A stretch of 64,000 nucleotides of DNA from Escherichia coli (GTDB lineage Bacteria > Pseudomonadota > Gammaproteobacteria > Enterobacterales > Enterobacteriaceae). Both the position numbers and the translations under genes were made by a program. The notes below the pieces were generated by a model. It did not search any database. It saw only the letters and a program-made list of their open reading frames with translations, and had not been told where the DNA came from. The stretch is from assembly GCF_011045215.1 (NCBI RefSeq), contig NZ_CP049201.1; one strand, given 5' to 3'. Of the stretch, positions 31,631 to 40,822 are shown one piece after another; positions within the stretch are counted from its first letter, which is position 1, and each line of letters begins with the position of its first letter.

Positions 31631-32352
31631 CTGTGGCTCCAGCGCCATTGCACGCGCTCGCCAGGCAGTGAAAATGTGTCTACATTTTGTAAATAGTGCT
31701 GTAAAAACAACATGCTTTGCGGCAGTGTTGTTTCATTGCCCGCAATGGCTGACTGCGTTTCACATTGCCAGTCATCGCCAGCTTCAATCACCAGCGCGAC
31801 GGCGTACGGCCAGGTCGGCATTTCTGCAGGCAGTTGTGGGTGATAAAACTCGGGCAGAAAACCGTCAAAATCGACCATCAGCACGCGCTGGTATCCCGCT
31901 TGTAACAGGCTAAGCACTTCACACAAACCTTGCTGGAAAGTGTCGCGACCAGCAGAAAGCGATGACGAAACGATCGGCTGTTTGGCCGCAATGGTCAGGT
32001 TACCCACGGAAGAGTTGTGTACTGAAAGTGCAAAGTCGGTCGGAGAAAGCGCCTGTTCGGTTGCCAGTGCATGAACAATGCGGTAATTGCGCTCCAGTTC
32101 GCCATGACGACTGGTATACAAAACGGCGTCTGGCTGATGGCGGCGTAGCATTGCCAGACCGCATTCAACAGCCAGTTTGCTGCCTGAACTGAGGCGGCGG
32201 GCGGTCATCATTGGCAGTTCACTTAATTTTGCCAACGGCGCGGCAGGGTCAATCGCCCACGGCTGGCGCGACCATGCTTGCCATTGCTGCGCTTCGCTAA
32301 GTCCAGGCGCCAGTGCCTGCCAGTCGGTAATATTTAATGTAAATTTCATCAA
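31627..32352 (-). CDS. Short ketosynthase-like protein (chain-length-factor-like KS partner)
   Basis: 241 aa with KS-like sequence but much shorter than a full KS and no clear Cys-His-His triad (SVHNSSVG where the active-site Cys block would be). Confidence 0.65.
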   Translation of the reverse strand: MMKFTLNITDWQALAPGLSEAQQWQAWSRQPWAIDPAAPLAKLSELPMMTARRLSSGSKLAVECGLAMLRRHQPDAVLYTSRHGELERNYRIVHALATEQALSPTDFALSVHNSSVGNLTIAAKQPIVSSSLSAGRDTFQQGLCEVLSLLQAGYQRVLMVDFDGFLPEFYHPQLPAEMPTWPYAVALVIEAGDDWQCETQSAIAGNETTLPQSMLFLQHYLQNVDTFSLPGERVQWRWSHR

Positions 32353-32389
32353 CGCGCGCCCGCGGTAAACCCAAATTATTAAGTGACGA

Positions 32390-33457
32390 TTATTTCTTTT
32401 GGCATATCAAAAGTGTATGCCCAACGCCTAAATTATCGTGGCGCTCTGCTACCTGGAATCCTGCTTTATTCAGATAGTCGTAAAATTTCTCTGCACTATA
32501 GAAACGGCTGTTACCGTTTGCCATGCAGGTAAAATAAAGTGAGGACGCGTTCAGGCTAAACGATGCTGCTTCAAACCGCTGCGCATCCCAGAACAACTCC
32601 ATGATGCAAACTTTTGCGCCAGGCTTCATTACGCTGGCAATTTTGCTGAGTATGCTAATTATTTGTTCGGGTGAAAAACAGTCTAAAAATTGGCTCATCC
32701 ACCAGATATCAGCCTCGCCCGGTAATGGGGCATCGCTTAGCATATCCACCGCATGGAAATCTATGCGATCAGAAAAACCTGCATTCGCGATATTTTCTTT
32801 CGCTAGTACGATTTGTTGTGGCAGATCTAATAACGTCACGGCGATGTTTTCATTGTATTTGCAGCAACGCAAAGCCCACTTACCCGTATTGCCGCCTACA
32901 TCGTACAATGTTGTGGGGTTGTTGGCGAATACATAAGGCAGTGCGGCGTTAAATGCGCCATCTGAATAGTAATGATCAAACGCAAACCAGCTTTCACGAG
33001 CGGCGTCTGGTAATTGCGAAAGTGCCGGATATATCGTCGACCAGTCGCCAAATACTTTTAACCCGGAAGGTTTTCCTTCATTGAGTGAATCGGCGAGGAA
33101 GAAGAGCCCCTGGTAACAGACATCCTGGGTGAAATCCATATTCACGCGAGTCATAGTGTCATGCAGGAGGTAATGACCGATTTTCGCCAGGTAATAAATT
33201 CCCTCTTTACAGGTAATAATTCGCCCGCTTAAGCCCATATCTAACAGAACGCTGGCAGCATATTCGTTGATATGGCTATGTTCGGTGATATCAGCCAGCG
33301 TTGCGCCATGTTTGCCTTGCCGATCCAGATATGAAAGTACACCCGCATTACGTAGGCAGAGTGCTGTTTGAAAAAGCATAGGGGCAAAGGCAATGCGTTG
33401 AGCTTCGGTAATCGCATCCAGTGCGCTAAGAGAATCCTGTTCGTACATGTTGGGCAC
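32390..33457 (-). CDS. SAM-dependent O-methyltransferase (class I)
   Basis: 355 aa; SAM-binding motif (LYDVGGNTGKWA) within a C-terminal Rossmann-like domain. Would be apeB by order (unverified). Confidence 0.8.
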   Translation of the reverse strand: MPNMYEQDSLSALDAITEAQRIAFAPMLFQTALCLRNAGVLSYLDRQGKHGATLADITEHSHINEYAASVLLDMGLSGRIITCKEGIYYLAKIGHYLLHDTMTRVNMDFTQDVCYQGLFFLADSLNEGKPSGLKVFGDWSTIYPALSQLPDAARESWFAFDHYYSDGAFNAALPYVFANNPTTLYDVGGNTGKWALRCCKYNENIAVTLLDLPQQIVLAKENIANAGFSDRIDFHAVDMLSDAPLPGEADIWWMSQFLDCFSPEQIISILSKIASVMKPGAKVCIMELFWDAQRFEAASFSLNASSLYFTCMANGNSRFYSAEKFYDYLNKAGFQVAERHDNLGVGHTLLICQKK

Positions 33458-33516
33458 AACCTGTTAAGAGGGAATTAAATTATTATCGGACCGCAACGGC
33501 CCGACTTTAGGAAGAA

Positions 33517-33906
33517 TTATAAATCTGCGCCCGCTGACAAATTCAGTTGAATATCTTTGTCGAGATTGCGGACCCAGCGATTGTAGTTTTTATGAATTTG
33601 TCCGCCTGACGCTTGTAGGTTCTGGCTATTTTCATAATTGATATCGTAGCTGGATGCCGTGTAGTTAATGCGTATTTCCGCTGAATGATCGCGTGACTGT
33701 TGACGTGCTTTAATTATGCCTTGTCCGGCTTCGGACATAATCCATTTGCGTTCAACGCCAGCTTTCAGAATCGCTTTTTTCACTTGTTCCTGGGTATGAC
33801 CAGCGCTGACGGTTGAGTGAACCTGATCAATTGGCGCAGTACGCGCGCAACCTGCTAAAGCACCCACAACAGCAATAGCCGCAAACCATTTCATGTAATG
33901 TCTCAT
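33517..33906 (-). CDS. Small lipoprotein of unknown function leading the cluster
   Basis: 129 aa; signal peptide plus lipobox (LAGC); the real start may be the internal Met at MKWFAAI. Confidence 0.6.
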   Translation of the reverse strand: MRHYMKWFAAIAVVGALAGCARTAPIDQVHSTVSAGHTQEQVKKAILKAGVERKWIMSEAGQGIIKARQQSRDHSAEIRINYTASSYDINYENSQNLQASGGQIHKNYNRWVRNLDKDIQLNLSAGADL

Positions 33907-34236
33907 TAGAACCCCATTAAAGTATTGTTTTTACGAGTAAAGCAAGATTTAACTGTAATTGCTGGCATCACTATTCTTTATTTAGAGAAAAAATTACTTG
34001 TGAGATAAGTCAGTAAGTGCACATCAGAGTAAAAATCTCTGAAATGACTAAATTACTGCCAGCAGGGACCAACTATAAGTGAGTGAGAAAAATGAGGCAA
34101 TAAAAATAACACAATGTTATCAGTGCATTCTTTGAGAAGGATTTAATCGCTATTCGGCGTTTATATATATTTGACTTAAGGAATGGTTTTTTTAAATTAA
34201 TTTTCTGAATAATGTTTCATCATTTCCTCAAATCAA

Positions 34237-34265
34237 ATGGCCACTGTTAGATAAACGGTGGCCAT
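34237..34265 (-). terminator. Hairpin downstream of yhhT (candidate terminator)
   Basis: 8-bp inverted repeat ATGGCCAC / GTGGCCAT with 13-nt loop, 20 bp after the yhhT stop. Confidence 0.4.
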
Positions 34266-34285
34266 TGCCTGCTCAGGAGGTGCTA

Positions 34286-35335
34286 TTAACCCGGTAACCG
34301 ACTTTTCGGTCTGCCCGGCCCCAGTAAAATCGCCAGTTTGCTACCGCCTTTGGTGGTTTCCATCCAGATTTTACACACGCTGGTTAATGGCACCGAAAGT
34401 AGCATCCCTACCGGGCCGAGCAGCCATCCCCAAATTAACAATGAAAGAAATACCACCATGGTGGACATCCCCAGGCGATGGCCCATCATCCGTGGTTCTA
34501 AAATATTGCCGATAACCATATGGACAACTAAAAACAATGCGCCGACCAGAATACATTCGTAAACACCATTAAACAGCAGCACCTGAATCATTGGCGGTAC
34601 GGCGGAAATTACCGCGCCGATATTGGGCACGTAGTTGAGCAAAAACGCCAGTACTGCCCACATCAGCGCAAACTGCACCCCCATCAGCTCCAGCCCCAGC
34701 CAGACGATGACACCTGTCCATAAACTGAGTAGCGTCTTCAATGCAAGATAGTGCGAAACACCTTTTAAGGCGCGGTGTAGTCCGGCGATATGAATCTGTG
34801 GATTATTCAATGCAAAACGCATTTTGTAAGGGACGTGGCGCACTTCAAACAGCATAAAAACTACGGTCATCACCAGCAAAAGCACGCTCGCCATTGCCCC
34901 GGAAAGCCCGGTCATTAGCGCTGTGGTGAAGGTAACCACTTTTTCCGAGTCCATCCGCTGCAGCATTCGCTCCGGCGACATATGCAAATTAAGAAAAGGC
35001 AACATCTCCTGCAATTTAAAAAGTTTGCGCGTCAGCTCCTTATTAAACTTCGGCAGCATAGAGATAAATTCGTTAAACGATGCCGCCAGTACGCCGACCA
35101 GCGCGGTTAGTGTGATCAGCATCACCACCACCACAATCGTAATGGCAACGGGGCGTTTTACTCCCCGTCGAATAAACCAGGTAACGAGCGGGTTGAGGAC
35201 GATGGCAAAAAACAGCGCCAGTAACAGCTGCACAATGATATCTGCCGCTGCGTGAATGCCCGCGAGGATCACTACCAGCGAGGCCAGCTTGAGCAGAATG
35301 TGCATGCCCGTTTTATCGGGTTGAGGGGTTTCCAT
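34286..35335 (-). CDS. yhhT: AI-2E/PerM-family membrane transporter
   Basis: 349-aa product starting METPQPDKTG; the ORF track adds a 27-codon upstream extension. Confidence 0.88.
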   Translation of the reverse strand: METPQPDKTGMHILLKLASLVVILAGIHAAADIIVQLLLALFFAIVLNPLVTWFIRRGVKRPVAITIVVVVMLITLTALVGVLAASFNEFISMLPKFNKELTRKLFKLQEMLPFLNLHMSPERMLQRMDSEKVVTFTTALMTGLSGAMASVLLLVMTVVFMLFEVRHVPYKMRFALNNPQIHIAGLHRALKGVSHYLALKTLLSLWTGVIVWLGLELMGVQFALMWAVLAFLLNYVPNIGAVISAVPPMIQVLLFNGVYECILVGALFLVVHMVIGNILEPRMMGHRLGMSTMVVFLSLLIWGWLLGPVGMLLSVPLTSVCKIWMETTKGGSKLAILLGPGRPKSRLPG

Positions 35336-35466
35336 TGGGGCTTCCTTGTGACTTTTTGTATTAAGTGTAGCGGGAGTCACGCCAGCAATATTCTGATTCT
35401 TACTGCTGATTTTCACGTCAGCACGTGGTAAAAATGAAACACTGTTGTAAAAATGTGGTGATCCTC

Positions 35467-36684
35467 ATGCCCGAACCCGTAGCCGAACCCGCGCTAAACG
35501 GATTGCGCCTGAATTTGCGCATTGTCTCCATTGTCATGTTTAACTTCGCCAGCTACCTCACCATCGGGTTGCCGCTCGCTGTATTACCGGGCTATGTCCA
35601 TGATGTGATGGGCTTTAGCGCTTTCTGGGCAGGATTGGTTATCAGCCTGCAATATTTTGCCACCTTGCTGAGCCGTCCTCATGCCGGACGTTACGCCGAT
35701 TTGCTGGGCCCCAAAAAGATTGTCGTCTTCGGTTTATGCGGCTGCTTTTTGAGCGGTCTGGGATATCTGACGGCAGGATTAACCGCCAGTCTGCCCGTCA
35801 TCAGCCTGTTATTACTTTGCCTGGGACGCGTCATCCTTGGGATTGGGCAAAGTTTTGCCGGAACGGGATCGACCCTGTGGGGCGTTGGCGTGGTTGGCTC
35901 GCTGCATATCGGGCGGGTGATTTCGTGGAACGGCATTGTCACTTATGGGGCGATGGCGATGGGTGCGCCGTTAGGCGTCGTGTTTTATCACTGGGGCGGC
36001 TTGCAGGCGTTAGCGTTAATCATTATGGCCGTGGCGCTGGTGGCCATTTTGTTGGCGCTCCCGCGTCCGACGGTAAAAGCCAGTAAAGGCAAACCGCTGC
36101 CGTTTCGCGCGGTGCTTGGGCGCGTCTGGCTGTACGGTATGGCGCTGGCACTGGCTTCCGCCGGATTTGGCGTCATCGCCACCTTTATCACGCTGTTTTA
36201 TGACGCTAAAGGTTGGGACGGTGCGGCTTTCGCGCTGACGCTGTTTAGCTGTGCGTTTGTCGGTACGCGTTTGTTATTCCCTAACGGCATTAACCGTATC
36301 GGCGGCTTAAACGTAGCGATGATTTGCTTTAGCGTTGAGATAATCGGCCTGCTACTGGTTGGCGTGGCGACTATGCCGTGGATGGCGAAAATCGGCGTCT
36401 TACTGGCGGGGGCCGGGTTTTCGCTGGTGTTCCCGGCATTGGGTGTAGTGGCGGTAAAAGCGGTTCCGCAGCAAAATCAGGGGGCGGCGCTGGCAACTTA
36501 CACCGTATTTATGGATTTATCGCTTGGCGTGACTGGACCACTGGCTGGGCTGGTGATGAGCTGGGCGGGCGTACCGGTGATTTATCTGGCGGCGGCGGGA
36601 CTGGTCGCAATCGCGTTATTACTGACGTGGCGATTAAAAAAACGGCCTCCGGAACACGTCCCTGAGGCCGCCTCATCATCTTAA
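35467..36684 (+). CDS. yhhS: MFS transporter
   Basis: 405-aa product starting MPEPVAEPALNG; 12 predicted TM helices. Confidence 0.88.
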   Translation: MPEPVAEPALNGLRLNLRIVSIVMFNFASYLTIGLPLAVLPGYVHDVMGFSAFWAGLVISLQYFATLLSRPHAGRYADLLGPKKIVVFGLCGCFLSGLGYLTAGLTASLPVISLLLLCLGRVILGIGQSFAGTGSTLWGVGVVGSLHIGRVISWNGIVTYGAMAMGAPLGVVFYHWGGLQALALIIMAVALVAILLALPRPTVKASKGKPLPFRAVLGRVWLYGMALALASAGFGVIATFITLFYDAKGWDGAAFALTLFSCAFVGTRLLFPNGINRIGGLNVAMICFSVEIIGLLLVGVATMPWMAKIGVLLAGAGFSLVFPALGVVAVKAVPQQNQGAALATYTVFMDLSLGVTGPLAGLVMSWAGVPVIYLAAAGLVAIALLLTWRLKKRPPEHVPEAASSS

Positions 36685-36687
36685 AAC

Positions 36688-37245
36688 TTACTGAATAACC
36701 AGCGTATTAATGATGTTTTCTGCGGTGGTCTGCGCTTTTTGCTGATCGTCAGCTGGCAGAGTAATTTGCATGGTCAGCAGTTGATTACCCACGTTACCCA
36801 GAATAACGGAAGAGTACGCCGTCTGGCCTTTCGCGGAGATAATACTGTCTAACTGCTGCATTTTGTGACCTTTCAGCTCAATGGCTTTATTGGTTACCAC
36901 TTGCAGCTGCGGATCGCGGCTACGTTGCTGATCTTCCAGACGCTTCGCCAGCACCGCCAGATCTTCTTTCGGATCATCGCCCATGATGACGATGACTGCT
37001 TTCTGCCCGGTGGCGTCGGACCAGACATGCATGTTATTGGCCTGCGTTCCCAGCTTACCGCTCTGGTCGGTCATATCCGCTGGCAGCGAGAAACTTAACT
37101 TGCCATCAAGCAGGTTGACGGGATTCCCGGTAGCGTTACTTTCCGCGACCGAACCCTGCGCCGTAGCGTTAGTGTCTTTATCATCACAGGCCGCAAGCCC
37201 CATAACCAGCAGGCCAATTCCGACATATTTAACCAGATTGCGCAT
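36688..37245 (-). CDS. dcrB: Periplasmic lipoprotein DcrB
   Basis: 185-aa product starting [20 protein letters not shown] (lipobox). Confidence 0.88.
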
Positions 37246-37317
37246 TGACTTCTTCCTTTCGATAAACGGCCATAACGGCTCATTCATCCATCTTATCACA
37301 ACTCTGATAACGAACCT

Positions 37318-37983
37318 TTAACTCGCCTGCAAAGCGTTGATTTCGGATTTATCTGCCAGTCTTTTCAACAGCATATTGAGTAATACGCCATACATTGGCA
37401 GGAAGAAAACGATACTGATTAACACTTTGAAACAGTAATCGACCAGCGCGATTTCCATCCAGTGTTCAGCCATAAAGGCATCCGGGCTACGCCAGAAGGC
37501 AATGAAGAAAAAGGCCAGCGTGTCGCTGACGTTACCGAACAGTGTGGACGCTGTCGGTGCCAGCCACCAGCGGCGACTCTGACGCAGGCGGTTAAAAACG
37601 TGCACGTCGAGGATCTGTCCCAGCGCGTAGGCCATGAAACTGGCGGTGGCGATACGGGCGACAAACAGGTTGAAGTGGGCGAGTGCGCCGAATCCCTGCC
37701 ATGAACCCATATAGAATAGCGACGAGATGACGTAGGAGATCAGCAATGCCGGGATCATCACCGCAAAGATGATACGACGGGCCAGTGGTGCGCCAAAAAT
37801 ACGTACGGTCAGGTCGGTAGCGAGAAAGATAAACGGAAAGCTAAACGCGCCCCAGGTGGTATGGAAACCAAAAATGGAGACGGGAAGCTGAACCAGATAG
37901 TTACTGGAGGTGATCACCAGCAGGTGAAATAACGATAACCAGAACAACGCCTTATAGCGTTGCGTTTGCGAGAAAACGTTCAT
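37318..37983 (-). CDS. yhhQ: Queuosine-precursor transporter family inner-membrane protein
   Basis: 221-aa polytopic ORF in the conserved position. Confidence 0.88.
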   Translation of the reverse strand: MNVFSQTQRYKALFWLSLFHLLVITSSNYLVQLPVSIFGFHTTWGAFSFPFIFLATDLTVRIFGAPLARRIIFAVMIPALLISYVISSLFYMGSWQGFGALAHFNLFVARIATASFMAYALGQILDVHVFNRLRQSRRWWLAPTASTLFGNVSDTLAFFFIAFWRSPDAFMAEHWMEIALVDYCFKVLISIVFFLPMYGVLLNMLLKRLADKSEINALQAS

Positions 37984-38203
37984 ATTGTACCTTTTTGATT
38001 AACCATTGGGGTGAGGGAACCCAATACGTACGACACGTCTGTTACCTTAACATAATAACGTGCTTACCCTTTTTTCGAGCCGCCGCATGATACTGCTTTA
38101 CGTTGACAATGCAATGGTTAATTTTCACGCAATCGTTAACCTGGTTTGCTTACGGACTCACAGGGCGTAAACTAGCGCCGTTTTTTTATGTGATGAGAAG
38201 AAA

Positions 38204-38449
38204 ATGACCGATCTCTTTTCCAGCCCTGACCACACACTCGACGCACTTGGCCTGCGCTGCCCGGAACCCGTAATGATGGTGCGCAAAACAGTGCGCAATA
38301 TGCAGCCAGGTGAAACGTTGCTGATTATTGCTGACGATCCGGCGACGACCCGCGATATTCCTGGGTTTTGTACCTTTATGGAACACGAACTGGTTGCTAA
38401 AGAGACGGATGGACTGCCTTATCGTTATTTGATTCGTAAAGGCGGTTGA
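38204..38449 (+). CDS. tusA: Sulfur carrier protein TusA
   Basis: 81 aa; CPxP motif (LRCPEPV). Confidence 0.92.
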
Positions 38450-38518
38450 TGGGGGCAGATTGGCTTCGATGCCGCCTTTTCCCCTCACCCTAACCCTCTC
38501 CCCAGAGGAGCGAGGGGA

Positions 38519-38544
38519 CCGATCGCGCTCAATGTTGCGATCGG
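38519..38544. terminator. Palindromic hairpin between convergent tusA and zntA
   Basis: 8-bp inverted repeat CCGATCGC / GCGATCGG with 9-nt loop, followed by TTTG on the plus strand. Confidence 0.45.
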
Positions 38545-38550
38545 TTTGCC

Positions 38551-40749
38551 TTATCTCCTGCGCAACAATCTTAACGCATTCGCTGTCACCAGCACCGTCG
38601 CACCCGTATCTGCCAGCACCGCCAGCCATAGTCCGGTCATTCCTAACAGCGTGGTGACGAGGAAGATCCCTTTCAGCCCCAGCGCAATAGTGATGTTCTG
38701 GCGGATATTGGCGTGAGTGGCGCGTGCCAGTTCAATCATTTGCACCAGACCGCGCAGGTGGTTATGGGTTAATGCTGCGTCGGCGGTTTCCAGCGCCACG
38801 TCTGTGCCGCTGCCCATTGCAATCCCGATGGCGGCAGCTTTCATCGCTGGCGCGTCGTTAATACCGTCACCGACCATCGCCAGCGGCGCATGTTGATTCA
38901 GCTCGGTCACCGCTTTGACTTTATCTTCCGGCAACAGGCCCGCTTTAAACTCCAGCCCCAGCTCCCCGGCGATTGCCGCCGCAGCGCGTGGATTATCGCC
39001 GGTGAGGATCACTCCTTTAACCCCCAGCGCGTTCAGTTCACTGATGGCAGTTGCAGCGTCGGCGCGCAGGGTATCCTGTAACGCAATGACACCAAGCACG
39101 TCATCGTTACGTACTACCAGCACTACCGTTTGCCCGGCGCTTTCCAGTTCGTTAATTAAACCAGCAAATGCATCAGCGGGATGTTTCCCGGCAGCGCAAA
39201 TCAATACGCGCTCACCGTTAACCTGCGCTTCAATGCCAGACCCGACCAGCGCCCGCTGTGATTCGGCGGCGGGAATGGCGAGTGCAGCAACCTGTGCTTC
39301 GCGCACGATGGCCTGCGCCAGTGGATGCGTCGCGCCTTGCTCGACCGCCGCCGCCAGTGTCAGCAGTTCAGATTCACTAATACCCGTTGCCGGATGAATC
39401 GCGGTAACGCGCGGTTTACCGACGGTCAGCGTACCGGTTTTATCAAACGCCACCTGGGTAACACGACCTAGCTGCTCCAGCGCCGCACCGCCTTTAATTA
39501 ACGCCCCACGACGTGCCGCTGCTGCCAGCCCGGAGGTAATCGCCGCGGGCGTGGAGATAACTAACGCACACGGGCAGCCAATCAGCAGCAGCGTCAGGCC
39601 TTTATAAATCCACTCTTGCCAGCTGGCGGCAAACAGCAGCGGCGGCACCAGCGTTACCAGCAGGGCGACGGCCATAATCGCTGGCGTATAAATACGGCTG
39701 AAACGGTCGATAAACCGCTCAATGGGAGCGCGACGCTCTTCGGCTTCTTCGATCAGTTTCAGAATCCGGTCAATGGCGCTGGCTCCCGGTTCGGACAATA
39801 CTTCCAACGTCACCAGACGGTCTACGCTGGTGGCGCCTGCAGGAACTTTATCGCCCGTCGCACGCTCCACCGGAATGGATTCGCCGGTCAGGGCGCTTTC
39901 ATCAAAACTGGCAAAGGGTGAGAGCAGTTTACCGTCGGCAGGCAAACGCCCACCCGCCGCAACTTCAATCACATCGCCAGGGCGCAGGCTGTTAATTGCC
40001 ACCTCTTCACGCTCACCGTTACGCAGGCGCGTGGCGTTTTCTGGTTTCAGCGCCATTAACGCGCTGACGCCCTGACGCGCGCGGCTGGCGGCCCAACCTT
40101 CTAGTCGTTCACCAATCAAAAACAGCAGCAACACCATCGCAGCTTCAGCCGTTGCGCCAATAAACAGCGCACCAATAGCGGCTACGCTCATTAACGTTTC
40201 AATGGCGAAGTAACTGCCTGATTTGATCAGCCGTAATGCCTGACGAGCAATCGGGTACAGCCCAACCAGCGTGGTCGCGATAAACGCCAGTTGCCCGAAC
40301 GGATGATTGAACTGCTCCAGACCCCAGCTGATTGCCATCATCACGATTAGCGTAATCAGCGGCAGATTCTCTTTCAGGCGCGATTCTTGTTGTTCTTCGG
40401 CGGCCTGTTCATCGCGTAGGGAATAGCCCGCTTTTTGCACCGCAGATTCAACCTGGGCACGGATGTCATTGTCGGCATCCACCACCAGTTTTTCGGTGGC
40501 GAACAACACCTGCACCTGATTCACGCCTGCAAGCTGGCGCACGGCGTTTTCTACCTTGCGCGCACAGGCGGCGCAGTCCATGCCGCTGACTTTCCAGCTA
40601 TAGCGGGTGCCGGAGACGTTTTCAGAGAGCGTTGGCGTGCTGGAACATGCGCCGTCGCAGCAACAGTCGTTGGCGTTCTGTACCGTGGTTAGCGGTTTGA
40701 ACGCAGCAAATTGAGGGGCTTTCTTGCCGTGATTGTCAGGAGTCGACAT
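38551..40749 (-). CDS. zntA: Zn/Cd/Pb-exporting P1B-type ATPase
   Basis: 732 aa; N-terminal Cys-rich stretch and GMDCAAC metal-binding motif, CPC motif, DKTGT phosphorylation site. Confidence 0.92.
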   Translation of the reverse strand: MSTPDNHGKKAPQFAAFKPLTTVQNANDCCCDGACSSTPTLSENVSGTRYSWKVSGMDCAACARKVENAVRQLAGVNQVQVLFATEKLVVDADNDIRAQVESAVQKAGYSLRDEQAAEEQQESRLKENLPLITLIVMMAISWGLEQFNHPFGQLAFIATTLVGLYPIARQALRLIKSGSYFAIETLMSVAAIGALFIGATAEAAMVLLLFLIGERLEGWAASRARQGVSALMALKPENATRLRNGEREEVAINSLRPGDVIEVAAGGRLPADGKLLSPFASFDESALTGESIPVERATGDKVPAGATSVDRLVTLEVLSEPGASAIDRILKLIEEAEERRAPIERFIDRFSRIYTPAIMAVALLVTLVPPLLFAASWQEWIYKGLTLLLIGCPCALVISTPAAITSGLAAAARRGALIKGGAALEQLGRVTQVAFDKTGTLTVGKPRVTAIHPATGISESELLTLAAAVEQGATHPLAQAIVREAQVAALAIPAAESQRALVGSGIEAQVNGERVLICAAGKHPADAFAGLINELESAGQTVVLVVRNDDVLGVIALQDTLRADAATAISELNALGVKGVILTGDNPRAAAAIAGELGLEFKAGLLPEDKVKAVTELNQHAPLAMVGDGINDAPAMKAAAIGIAMGSGTDVALETADAALTHNHLRGLVQMIELARATHANIRQNITIALGLKGIFLVTTLLGMTGLWLAVLADTGATVLVTANALRLLRRR

Positions 40750-40791
40750 GGCATCCTCCGGTTAAGTTTTTTCTCATTAACCGAAGGATAC

Positions 40792-40813
40792 ACTCTGGAG
40801 TCGACTCCAGAGT
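40792..40813 (-). promoter_or_regulatory. ZntR (MerR-family) operator within the zntA promoter
   Basis: Perfect 22-bp palindrome ACTCTGGAGTCGACTCCAGAGT, 43 bp upstream of the zntA start. Confidence 0.8.
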
Positions 40814-40822
40814 CAAGTTTTA

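Noticed and set aside
18878-33906. A wholly novel, undescribed biosynthetic system
   Set aside because: Gene content and order match the aryl polyene cluster family that I recall as already described, including in E. coli. I report it as a high-interest known class rather than claiming novelty; only a database comparison can show whether this copy differs.
38460-38657. 65-aa plus-strand ORF in the tusA-zntA gap (MASMPPFPLTLTLSPEERGD...)
   Set aside because: It spans the intergenic hairpin region and runs into the zntA 3' end on the opposite strand; Pro/Ser/Leu-rich low-complexity translation, probably not a gene.
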